53,355 nucleotides of DNA, from the NCBI RefSeq assembly GCF_000281045.1, contig NW_008246084.1, positions 749,824 to 803,178 of the forward strand, written 5' to 3'. Position 1 is the stretch's first letter; each line of letters starts with the position of its first letter. The DNA comes from Saprolegnia diclina VS20 (lineage: Eukaryota). Position numbers and translations under genes: made by a program. The notes beneath the pieces were generated by a model, which searched no databases, had not been told where the DNA came from, and saw only the letters and a list, made by a program, of their open reading frames with translations. Of this stretch, positions 1-11,908 are shown in pieces.

Positions 1-1269
1 AGCGCGTAATCAATCGTGCTCGGGTCGAGCGTCAGCGATCGATGCGAGCGCGTCATCGGCAGTCCGTCTGGAACTTCGACGACCGAGTCGGGCTGCATGA
101 CGCTCCACTTGAGGTACGCGACCGTCATGGCCGTCGTCGTCCGCCCGCGTCCCATCTAGTCGACGAATATAAGGGCAATGCGGCATATGACGTCTACCTG
201 GCAGTTGAAGACAAACGCAGTGTGCATATCGGCGCGCTGGACGAGGTCGACAAACGTCTCGACGACGTCTTGCTCGGGAAAGTTCTCGCGGTCGATTGGG
301 ATCCGGTGGAACGTAGTGTTCTCGATCGTCGGGTGCTGCAGCGCCTCCATCAACTCGGGCAGCGTGTGTACCTACGACGACAAAATAAGACTTGGTAAAG
401 CCATCCGAAAGACGCGTACGTCGGTCGGGTCGATGGTCTCGACGGCAAGCTCGTTCACGAGCGGCGTCGGCTCGTGCCAGTACTCGAACGCGTGGTTGCG
501 CAAGGCGAGTTGCTCCATGAGGCTGTTCTTGAGCGAAGCCTCCAGCACTTGGATCGTGTGCCCCGTAAGACCGGGCACCAAGTCGTTCTCGTTGAGCTTG
601 GCACGGACACGCGCCGTGTACGGGACGCCCTTGACAAAGAGCACGGCTTCCTACACCGACGCTGTCTTCTTGGCATAGAACGATGGCATGATCTACCTCG
701 CGCACGTTGATCCAGATAACCTTGGTGAACCCATCAGCGGCAACACGGTCCAGAATCAAGCGGCAGCCGTCCTGGAAGAGCAAGGTCAGTATTCGCTACG
801 GACGATCTGCGTGTACTACCTCGGTGGGCTGGGCGCCGCCGTAGAAGGGCGTGTCCAGCAACCGGCGAAAGTTGGGCGCTACGCAATCCATGATGACCAT
901 GCTCACGAGGATGATGGTGACCGTACCGCTGTCGCCGTGGGGCGTGTCGAGTACATGGCAGTCGGGGAAGCGGTCGCGCTTGAGCACGTACTTGTTAAGG
1001 ACGCGCGTACCCTGCTCCTGGAACGAGAGCGCCGACTTGATCTTCTCGCGGTCGAGCTTGCCCTTGAAGCCAGCTTGGATCAGCGATGCTGCATTCGAGC
1101 GCTGGACCTGGCTGCGGAGCCCATCGAGCTGCGCGCGGAGGTCGCGGACCGAGGCCTCGAGGGCCTCCGCATGGTCTAGCAGCGGGTGCAGGAGGCTCTT
1201 GGTCTCGTCGTCGAGGACAGCGAGGAGCGGCGCCGCCAGCTCGCGGGCAGCAGGCTTCGTCGTTGTCAT
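1..1269 (-). CDS. Paladin-like (PTP-like phytase/inositol-phosphate phosphatase repeat) protein, 5' part, multi-exon, runs off window start
   Basis: Spliced minus-strand pieces give Paladin-repeat motifs VLKRDRFPDC, APNFRR..FYGGAQPT, KVIWINVRE, FVKGVPYTAR, FHRIPID and FNCQ|MGRGRTTTAM (CX5R). Probable ATG at 1269 (MTTTKP). Exon boundaries not fully resolved. Confidence 0.8.
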
Positions 1270-2203
1270 CGTCCGGCCAAACTCGAAATGCCCCTGGGGA
1301 TCGGTCGAGATATCCTTCGAACAACACGTGGTGGGCGGTAATATCCCACGTCCATACAAGTACCAATATCATGCATCGTTTTTCACTGTTTCACACTGTT
1401 TCCCACGTGAATATCTCGGCGATGATGATGCAACCAATGCACCAAGTAGCGAGGATGCGACCAGCAGGAGGCGACGACGTCAAATATTTGCCGCCGACGC
1501 AGTGACGACTTGGTCGATGTTTCTCAGCGCGGATCTACGGGGCGCACTCTATTACCGCTACTTGCTACGTCGACACTGTAACACACTTCTGGACGATGGC
1601 GCCGGTTGAAGTTGAGCCACGCTTCAATCCCACGCACGACTGCAATTTCTGATAGCGTCTTATTTTCCAAAGGCCCTCTTCATCAGCCGAGTCAGAGCCC
1701 CAGGAAGTGCAGCAATGAGTCGGGACTATTCGCTCTCTGGGAGAAATGGCACGAGTCCTAAAGTGACTCGGCGTTTGTTGTCGCGCGATTGCAGGCAGTC
1801 AACACAACTGCGGACGAGTTGTCTTCTCGCGGTTTCCGCTTTGACTTGTCGCCAAGCCAAGCCTACGACGAATCGGTAAGCCGGCCTTCGTCGTGGCTGG
1901 CGCAGCACTCTGTTGGCTGTCCTTTGAATCGATCGTACCTTATTACGCAGGCGGTGCGACGACGTCATCGTCTACTGCTGTCGTAGAGACAGTGTCTTGG
2001 TTGGTTTGGCCCTTTGAACGCATCTTCTAATCACGATGAGCTGATCGCCAACGTGCCAGCAATCATGCGCAGGATTTCTGCAGATTAACGCAATTAACGC
2101 GTACGCAATGCGCGTTTAACCACTCGACACCACACATGTGTGCTTTATGTGAAGAATACCACGTGGGAAATGAAAACCCTCGTCGAAACCACAGAGCGCA
2201 AGC

Positions 2204-5200
2204 ATGGAGTCGATGATTGCGCGGGCTTTTGAGTTCGTCGAAGACTCGCAGTCCGAGGACGAAGACGCCGGCTACTACGGCTTCCGACCACCGGCCATCG
2301 CTCCGGCAGCGGCGCCCGACGCTCCAGCGCCAGCTCCAGCAACGGGGGCGCCGGCGACCGACGCTGCCCATGACGACGAGGTCGACGAAGACGAGGATGA
2401 GGCTGGGTTCAAGGTCGGCGACCTCGTCGAGGTCGAGACGCGTACGTGGCCAGGTATCAACAAGATCGGCGGCGCGGCGCGGGTCATTAGTGTCTACAGC
2501 GACGGCGGCGACACGTTCGTGGACGTGCGCTACTTCCTCGGCGGCAGTGAGAAGCGCGTCGACGTCGCGTACGTGCAACCGTCCGACATGCACCAGAAGC
2601 GCGCGCGCCAGCGCTACTCGCGCGTCTTCTTCCACGACGAATTTGCGGACGAGTATGGCCGCAAGCGCCGCGCCGACCTCGACGCACCAGTCGAGCACGT
2701 CCTCCATCCCAAGCCCAAACGTATGAGAAAGGACGAACCACCTCGCTCTGCGCCCGAGCACCCACGGACGCGCATCTTCGACGACGACGATGGCAGTAGC
2801 AGCGCCGAAGACAACGTGGTCGTACCCAGCCGTCCTCGGGTTCTACCACCAGTGACAGTGACGCCGGCAAGTACTCGGCCGATCGCCAAGCCAAAACGAG
2901 CGCCTCTAAACGAAGATTTTTTCATCACGACGGGCGGCTCAGATGACGATGAGCGCGTCGTCGAAAGCCCTGAGAGGGCGACCACGTGGACCGAGCCGTC
3001 TCTCCACGAGCATGACGTGGCCAAGGACGTGGGGCAGGCCGTCACGAGCACATTACCAGTCGACAAGTACGGTGCGGACCAGCCTGTGGAGGTTGAGAAC
3101 GACTACGACTTTGGGGGTGGTTCGTGGAGCCCGACAACGCGCCTCGAGGAACCACAGGACGTACTGGAGCCCCGTGTTCGGCGGCAGAAGCGCGCCAAGA
3201 AGCGGCGGTATGTCGGCGGGTACCTCGAGGAAGCCGACAACTTTATTCAACCGGAAGACAACGCGATGGAGCTACCGGACGACGTGCGCAAAGATACGGG
3301 GTTTCGCCTTGGGAAGACCTCCAAGGATCTTTTGCACCAGTACGCCGTGCACACGGAGCAGTTCCAGCTCGTGCTTGCCGAGTTTGGTCGCGCCAAAGAG
3401 AGTCTCGTTGCCAGCACGCTACCGCCCCTCGCGCTCTACGACAAGGTATTGTATCATGATTGTAGGAGCAAACATCGATTTATGGTGACAGGTTCTCGAA
3501 CTGGAGGCGCTGCATGCACTGTCGATCGTTCGGGAAGAAGACATTTTGGATGCAATTCTGCGCAAATTAGACGCCAAGGGCAAGTCCATCGTACGTCGCG
3601 TCCGTCTTTCCAGTACTACCACAAATTTTGCACCAATTTTTTAGAAACCCGTCGAGAACCTCCAGCACGACCAGCGAAAAGAGCTAGTGAATGCGTATGC
3701 GAGCTGGCTGCGGCAGCTGCGCGACACGACGCTGCAGCGACTGCACCGCGAGGGTCTGTCGGTGCCATCGCAGCTGCCACTGTCATCGACAAAGAAGCGT
3801 CCAGCGAGTCCCAGTGACAGTAGCAGCAGCGATGACGACGACTATTACAATACGCTGTCGGCCGAGCCCGCGATTCCGGCGTTCATTGAGCAGTTTCACA
3901 CAACGCGGCCTGCACGTCCCCGCGCCTCATTCTCCTCGGTGTCGACCACGAGGCCCAAGCGCCTTGACAAGACCAAACCCAGCACGAAACAAAAAGCAAA
4001 GCCGGCAACGACGCCGCTGCTATGGGACGACGTGTACCACGCACCGCCGCACCGAGAGCAGTCGGCACTGCCGTGGTTCTTCGAGCCCGCCCCTAACGAC
4101 AACGGCAACGACCTCGACTTCAGCTACGACGACACCAATGACGATCGATTTGATGAGCCATCGGTGTTTATTCCCCGGACGCTCAACAGCCGCACGATTC
4201 CGGCCGCTGTGCTCGAGTCGACCACGTGGGACTGGAAAGCGCTGGCTAAGCCGACGCGCCGGGCCGCGCCGGCGCCCTCCCGCCCGGTGGCACCTGCCAC
4301 GATCGCGCCAGCACCCAAGCCGCCCAAGCGGTCGCGATCCCGCAACGTGTTTGAAGCACTCTGGCGGCATCGCCAGGAGCGGTCGCGGCCGCTCATTCCG
4401 TTTTTTCCAGCCAAAAAGTCGGTGGTGGTGCCCCGACGCCAGCCCGAACCGCTGCCCACCGCGTCGCCACCGGTTGCGGATGAGCCATCGGTGGCACCAG
4501 ACGTCTGTGTCTTGGACTTCGTCTCAGACGCGCTACCAACGCTACTTGTGTACTCGGCCGACGCTCTTGTGCGTATTGAAGCCCGCACCATGACGCCACC
4601 ACTGACGTCCTCCTTCTTCCATGAGGTTGCCACTTCGAGCTCCGAAGAAATCGTATTTATGAAGACAATGTAGGATGCGCCGATAGCTGGGGTGCTACAA
4701 CGGGCTTTTCGGACGCTACGGCATCGGCTCTGTGACCTTCAAACCGCCGAGGCGCAGTGGTTGGAGCAAACCACACAGTCGCACGTTATGTCGGACGAGG
4801 TGCCGTTCCACACTAATGGCATTTGACAGATTGATACTGATCGATAGGAGCTGGCACGGGACGAAGCCGCCTTGGGGGCGCAAGCGGCCGATTGTAGTCA
4901 CTTGCTAGGTAGCCTCGCTGCGTACCTCGCTGTCCAAGACGCCCGTCATAAAGAAAAGGCGCAGCAGCTTCTGCTCGAGGAGCTCCGCTTGACGACAAAT
5001 TGTCTTCCGCATGTCGCATCGCTCCTCCAGACGACACCGGCGTACTACTATTACTTGGAGCTCACGGAAGCAGCGTCGACGCCACTTTTGTCGGCACTCA
5101 CGAGCGTGCACGCGCACTGTGTGTCGCTCGTACCAGGCAAACAAACGCAGCAAGCTGCTGCGCTCTTCCTCCTCGAGATGCATTTGCACGTCCCGCACCT

Positions 5201-8200
5201 CTTGAACACGGGCGCGGACGGCTACGACGCGCTTTGGCTCCAGCTCATGCGTCTGCACGGTGCCGAATTCTGGGCATTCTTCACTGAGCTCTTGCCGCAG
5301 CTACGCAAAATCGTCGCAGCCACCTTTGTCGCCGAGGCGTCGACAAGTATCGACATGCTGCTGCGCGAGCTCGTGTGGGACACGACTGTCGCATTGGCCC
5401 CACTCTTCCATCTTGTCGTACCGACGATCGAGTCCGCGCCTCCAAGTATCGGCGGCGGCTCATGAATTTGAATAGGACGCTGCACCACTGGGCGCTGGTC
5501 GGGTTCCTCCTCTCGTCGATGGACGCGCTGCCGTGCTCGCCGCGCTTTGACGCTGCCAAGTACAACTACCCCTTGGACAAGGTCGAGCGCTATCGTGTGC
5601 GCGTGCTCCAGCGGCTCTTGCTCTTGTCGTCGATGTGGGCGCCCAACCACCGTACGTGGCTTGTACCATTGGGAAATATTGCTCATGTTGGAGCTCAAAC
5701 TAGTGCCCATTGTGGCCGTTGTGTTGAGTTTGAGCCAACTTGCGTCGAGCCACCCGGGACAGTGCTCGTGCGTTGCCTCGAGCAGCCATGCGTGCAACGA
5801 CGGCGATTGCCCGTGTTTGCGCAAGCACGTGGCGTGCACATGCTCCATGCCACAGTTTTGCAGCTGCCGCTTTCCCCGCTTCCTCATCGAGCTCGCGACG
5901 GACGGGGCGACCAACCTCGTTGATGCCATCGACCAGTGCTCGTCCGTGGAGCTCATGGGCCGTGTCATCGCTGTACAGACTCGCATCTTCCAGTTTCCAC
6001 TTTTGATACATGCTCCATAGATGCAACTGCGTCAATTTGCCAAACCTGTCCAGCGCAACCGCTTCCGCCACCCGATTCTAACAATTCTCAAGCCCGCGGC
6101 CGTCACACCAACCGCCAAGTGGAACTGGTCGGGCATGGCCGCGGCACCCAGCAAACCGAGTGCGGCAGTAGCGGCACCCGCGTCGGCGGCGACGGCCCAA
6201 ACCAACGCGAGTACACGGCGACAAGCCAAGCCCCTCGCTGCGTGGCTCGATGACCGAGCGACGGTACACCGTCCGCTGCTAAGAAGCTCCTACAATGGTT
6301 GCTGTCTAGGCCCTCACGCAGTGCACAGTCTTTCTCTCTATGGCGCTGAGTACGCTGAGGTCGCAAACGGACGCCAAAGCGCTCAAGCGGGACGTGGGTT
6401 ACTACGCCAAGGAAATTCTCCGCTTTTGCAACAACGAACTCGAGTACGACAGCCTGGCTCTGCATGCGCTCTGGCTCTTGGCACGCGGTCTTATCTCGGT
6501 CGCTCAGCAGTGCTTGCCGTCGCTCGTGACGTCGATGAGCGACCTCCTCGCAGACATGGTCAGGCGGCTGCAGGAAGAGCTCGTCCGACCCAAAACGACA
6601 GTCGACACGCGTGTCGTATCGCCCGTCGTGGTGCTGCAAGGTAGACTTCGTACCGATTGCTATGGTTGCACTCATACACGCGGCGTATGGTAGCCAACAT
6701 TGTGCTAACGCTGCAATGCTTTCTGGACATTGTACTAGCGCTCAAGCAGCTCGAGCTCGCGCCCGGGGTTGTCGAAGACGTTGCAAATTGCTTGGTCGCA
6801 ATGTTCAACAGCGGTCTCGACACTGTGCTTCAAGCCAGTCTCTCGCAACAAGTGCCGCCAGCCACGACACGACTCGCGCTGGACCTTCTTGACGCACTCT
6901 TGCCGCCCAAGACATCGGTCCCGGCGCCAGCGCCCGTCGATGAGTTTGACGACCCCGAAGAGCTTGCGCTGTTGGCGGCACTGGACATGGACGCATTGCT
7001 CTCGACCGATGGTAGTACGCCGTCGACGGTGCCGACTCTGACGTTTGTGTCGTTGGTGACAACGCATGTGGGCGAACACGTCGTCAAGCAACTGCGACTG
7101 TCGCTGCAAAAGCTCGTGCTTCACGCGCCGCAGACACCAAACGCCATCGCGATCCTCGGAGGCGTCCTTTCGCTCGCGCCGGGAACGAGCTGGGACCTTT
7201 TGCTTGCGTCGACGACAGCTGCGTCACTGCGTCTCGTGTTTCCGAGAACGTTCTCCCACGCGTTGCGTCGTGCGACTGACAAGGCGGCGTTCGTGGCGGC
7301 TTTTGCGCAGACCCACCGGCGCGATTCGCTCTTTGTCGAGGCGTGGCTGCTTTGTCTCATGGACGCTACTGCGTCGGACGAGGTTGTGACCGACATGACG
7401 CTCGCTCTGGCGCCGCAGACGCCGCTTCTGCATCACGTAGAAGCCAGTCATCGCACCCAAGTATGGCGCGCGTTCGCCAAGAACATTGCTACCGTGTATA
7501 CGCCACACCCGCACCTTCTCCGGTCGGTGGTGGCCGATGTATCGAAAGGCTGGCTCGGCGCCGTGCTGGACGGCGCGACAGCAAGCCTCCTCGAACTCTG
7601 CGTGGACCGCCCGCAGTGGGCCGCCTTGCACGCTTTTCAAGATTCGGTTATGCCGTACGCGGTCTACGACGCAAGAGTGCTCGATGCCTTGGAGCGCGGG
7701 TCCTCGAAGACCGAGCAAGTCGTGCGGTATGTCGCCCGTCTCTACGACGGCGTTGGGGCGCTCCTGGAAGGCTGCGGACACTTGGCGCGGGGCACCAGCC
7801 TCGTGTTTCACGTCTGGCTGCGCGAGCTCTTTCCCAGTGCGAGCTACGCGACGCACTCGACGGCCGCCGAGAGTCTTCTGCACGGCCAAGTCGCGTCGAT
7901 TTTCCGAGAAAAGCCTGGACCACCAACGTCCTGGTTTGGTTCCAAGCTGCCCAAGCCGTGGATTCAAGTCGTCGACGTCGCACGAACGTTCTTGGCCGTC
8001 CAGCACTACCCGACGCTCCTCAACTGGTTTGCCCAGGTACACTACTGTTTGCATGCGATTTGGCCGACGAGATGGCGTAGACGGCGTCCATGTACCGACT
8101 GTACGAAGGCGGGTTCGCCTCCGCGCCCTTGCGTACGCTCTTGTACAACCTCGTCGACCCGGACGGACCGTTGGGCCTCGCGTCGTTTTACCCAATCGAG

Positions 8201-8920
8201 TCGAACGCTGCGCCGAGCTACAAGCGCGAAGCCGACTACTTTGCGCGGGGCCTCTTTCAGCAAGCGCCGGCGCTGCGCCGACTCGTTCTGGAAGCATTTA
8301 CGCACGAAATTGTGTCGAGCCGCCTTCACGCGCTCGTGGGGTCGGAGGACTGGATTCCGCTCTTGCAACTGCTGTGGACCTGCAGTTCGCAGGCGACGAC
8401 GCTTGGGACGGCGCGGGAGTTTACGTGCAGCTTGCAGCTTTGCGTCGAACACCTCGTGTCGCACTTGACGTGGCCCGACCCGCCCGTCTTTTCACCGCTC
8501 ACGTACGTCCCTCTGTCTTGTTTCGTGGTCAAAACTAAGGTACAATCGTATAGGTCGGTGCTGCATCGCCAACTTCTCGGGTTTGCACTCAACTGCATGG
8601 CCCTCCCTCGGGACGAGACGCTGCCCGATACGTTCGACCTGAGCTTACACATGCTTGTGCTACGGGGTGTGCAGCTGCACGGTGCGCTGCAGATGCCGCC
8701 AACGCCACTGTCGACGCAGACCACAGCAGCCTTTGAGCGCCTCCAGACGCAGCTGACGCGGGACCACGGGTTTCGCTTCCGGTTGTCGCCCCCTGTGCTA
8801 GGGTCGAGCGCCGGCAGTGGCATCAATGCATTCCGCGCGCAAGGCGACCTCCTTATCGGTGTCAACGCGCTCCTCGCGGCGGCCAAACGCTCCTCCCGGT
8901 TCGCGCACCAAGTCGTCTAG
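2204..8920 (+). CDS. Large multi-exon hypothetical protein with N-terminal Tudor/SH3-like barrel, long disordered region and helical C-terminal region
   Basis: Chain of coding-like ORFs (2204-3817, 3687-4673, 4872-5465, 6021-, 6340-, 6657-8468, 8090-8920) joined by short GT-AG intron-like gaps. FKVGDLVEVETRTWPGINK...VDVRYFLGGSEKRVD resembles a Tudor-like fold. Could be more than one gene. Confidence 0.55.
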
Positions 8921-9035
8921 TCAATATAGTTGGTCGATTCCACACATTAATTAGACCACTCGTCCGCCGTTGATGTCGCTCGTCTTTAGCTCGCGTAACG
9001 GTGAAACTGGCTGGGACTTGAGCTTTGGACGACGA

Positions 9036-10369
9036 TGCCGCTGCAGTCGAGACAGTACGAGGTACGTGGCAGGCCGGCGAGGTCGCCGACTTGTGACGTG
9101 GCGTCCTAGGAGCGCATTGTGAAGCTCGAGCAGTCGCTCGAGATGGCGCGCTTGCGCTACCAGTGTACGCCTCCGCCATCTACTCACGACAATGAACCTC
9201 AAACTCAATTTGCGAGTAGCTCAAGCAGGCCGCATCAAGTAGACTGAATGGAGCGTGCAACTCGGCAACACGTGGTATAGGACGCTCGAAGCCGAAAACA
9301 CAAAGCTCCATGAAGACATTGCCACTGAGCGCGCCGAGCGGTGGGTTTGGTTCTTGTTGGTGACGTTGTTGACGTTACTGCAGCGAGACGCTCATGAAGA
9401 ACCGGCAAGTGAACGTGCTTTTGGAGGCGCTCCAGGAAGAGCGCACGCAGCGCCTCGTGGACCTCGAAGCCGCGCACCTCCGCGAGCGCGAGCTCCGTGC
9501 CCTCGCCACCGAAGCCGTACGACCTACGCCTCATTGCATAGGGTTGACGCTCACGTGATAGACGGTCGCGACCAAAGGTGCTCTCTTGGCGCAGGAGGAG
9601 GCGAGTCACAGTCGCGCCGAGATCAACGGCCTTCGCGCGACCGTGCGTTGCAGTACAAAGCTTCTCCATGTTTGTTATGACATATTTGAGTACTCGGCGA
9701 TGTTCAATATTGTCTATAGACGTCGGAAAAAGAGTATCTCGCCATGCACAAGGAGCTCGAGACCACACAACTGCAGCTCCTTGAGACGCGACGGTAGCGC
9801 ACCTTTGTCATTGGCCGCGCAATCAACATGGTGGGCATTGGTGTAGAAAGCTGATTGCGTCGACGAATGACGTGGCAGTCTGGACGGACCGGTACAACCA
9901 AGCGATGGTTGATCTGCACATGGCCCAAATGAAGCTCACGCAAAGCACGATCGGTAGTCCAGGTGGTTGGACACATTGACCTACTAATGGATTTTTAGGG
10001 GCGAGCGCCAAGGAGTCGGCGCTCATGGTACCCACTATTGACAATATTTTCCGTCGTTTACACGTGGCATTGCGTAGCGCGGGTACGGTGTTGTGTTTGC
10101 CGAAGCCGACGGCGAAGCAGTCAACATTCAGCGCAACCCATTTCACTGCGTCAAAAAAGGTGGCCTCGACAATAAGTGCTGAGAGTCATGTATTGCAAGG
10201 AACGGCCAAGTGGAACGGAGCACGCGACGACAGAGCCCTTGCGCATATCAACCTGCTGCGCGAGCGCGGCCAGCTACCTCCGCCGTCAACGCTGCATGAG
10301 ATTGCTCTAAACAAGACTCACTCGGCGCCGGGCGAGTTAGGACAAGCCAAACCTTCGTTCGGCAGTTAG
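9036..10369 (+). CDS. Small multi-exon coiled-coil hypothetical protein (boundaries uncertain)
   Basis: Heptad-like fragments (ERIVKLEQSLEMARLR, RTLEAENTKLHEDIATER, VLLEALQEERTQRLVDLE) separated by GT-AG intron-like segments. Confidence 0.35.
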
Positions 10370-11908
10370 TTGGCACTCGTGAGCTCATCAAGAGTTGGCG
10401 TAGATCACATCGTCGGCCTCGTCCCAAGGTCGAGAGTACGCGGTACAGAGCTGTCCAAACCAAGATAAGACTAAGTGGTGTAGGGACACGAATGGCTCAA
10501 AATTTCTGGGCTACGGTCTCGGGCTGCTCAAGAAGGACCACATCGTCGCTGCGGACACCTCATTCTCCAACAACGTCCACTAACGTCGTTTAAGATATTT
10601 AAGTCTCAGTGGCTCGCTTGTATCGCTTCGTACGCGAGTGGCTTGTTCCTGTTGAACGGGTGAGCTGCTTGGCGCCGTCGATAGTCCTCCGTGTCGGTGG
10701 TCATTGAGAACATCTCATCTGCTACAGCATGTACGACAAAACGCTGAACTCCTACGGTTCCCTTCGGAGGTGATCAGTCCCATGCCATGGGACAGGGGAT
10801 GTCATATTGTCGTCATGCTCCTCGAGGTCGACCTTGGGGTGCCGAGCTGGATCATGAGTGCGAGTTGCAGGCCAACCGCGCGTGGAATTTCTCCCGTCAT
10901 AATTCTGACGTAGCGTCATAATGCTGACGTCGTGCGCTGGGTAGGACATATCAAACCATGCAATGTGATCTAACCCTTACTCGGCAAGCTTAGGAGAAGG
11001 CGTCAAGACTGCGGTCGAAAAAAATCATGCGCTTTCATGCGCTTCCGAACAGTAAATGTATAAAGAAGGGCATTGCACTGTGTCGCTGGCCAAGGAGTGG
11101 TCGCTGCAGTCTTCGAGTTCTCTGGAGAGAAGGTACTAGTACAGTTAACCCCTGAGTTAACCCAGTGTGGCCAAGAGTGTGCGCAAGTCGACTTGCGATT
11201 GGAATGGCGCTGCAGAGGCGGCGTCAAATCCTTCTCCCATACTGTCTCTATTCTTACATATATTTCATTACTGTCTCAGTACGATCATAAAGTCAAATAC
11301 GAAATTATAATACCTGTGAGCGCTGTGTATTTTAATACAGAGATAATAAAGAGACCATTTTGAAACCTGTGTTTCCGGGATCCGGATAGTGAAGAAATCC
11401 AGTAATGACTGCAGGGACTTTTATCCAATCCCTTCGAAAGAAAGCAACGTGCCTCCGCTTGATTGGCTCATTTGGCGAGGTAGTGTACTACATGAAAACG
11501 TATCTTGGTGCGATAACGAGCTCCAAGGGAATGCTGGAGAGAATCGCGGCGTGCTAGGATTAGATGCGCATTTGCGTATCTGCAGTATATAGTGTACAGT
11601 CCAGTCCATCAACTCTTCTCCTCCAAGGTAACTCGGGAGGTGGATTTGCTCTCTGATGCGCTGGCAAGAGCGGTGTCGATGGCAAAGCTCAGTATTTCGC
11701 TGTTTTTGACCAATTGGATGCGAGATTGAGCTAATCGCGGCACACCATTGGTGCGTTTCCAGCAACGAGCTGGCCGTTGCTTACTGCAGCATCCGGATAT
11801 TAGTCACAGGCCGCCGGATACTGAAAGATTAAAAACTGCCAGGGATGTTTTCGCAACACCCAAAAAACCAACCACAGACGACCTAATCCCGCCAAGTAGC
11901 AGCGAGCC

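Noticed and set aside
10500..11800. Possible degenerate gene remnant (ankyrin-like ALHCVAGQG)
   Set aside because: Single weak motif, stops nearby, no coherent coding frame.
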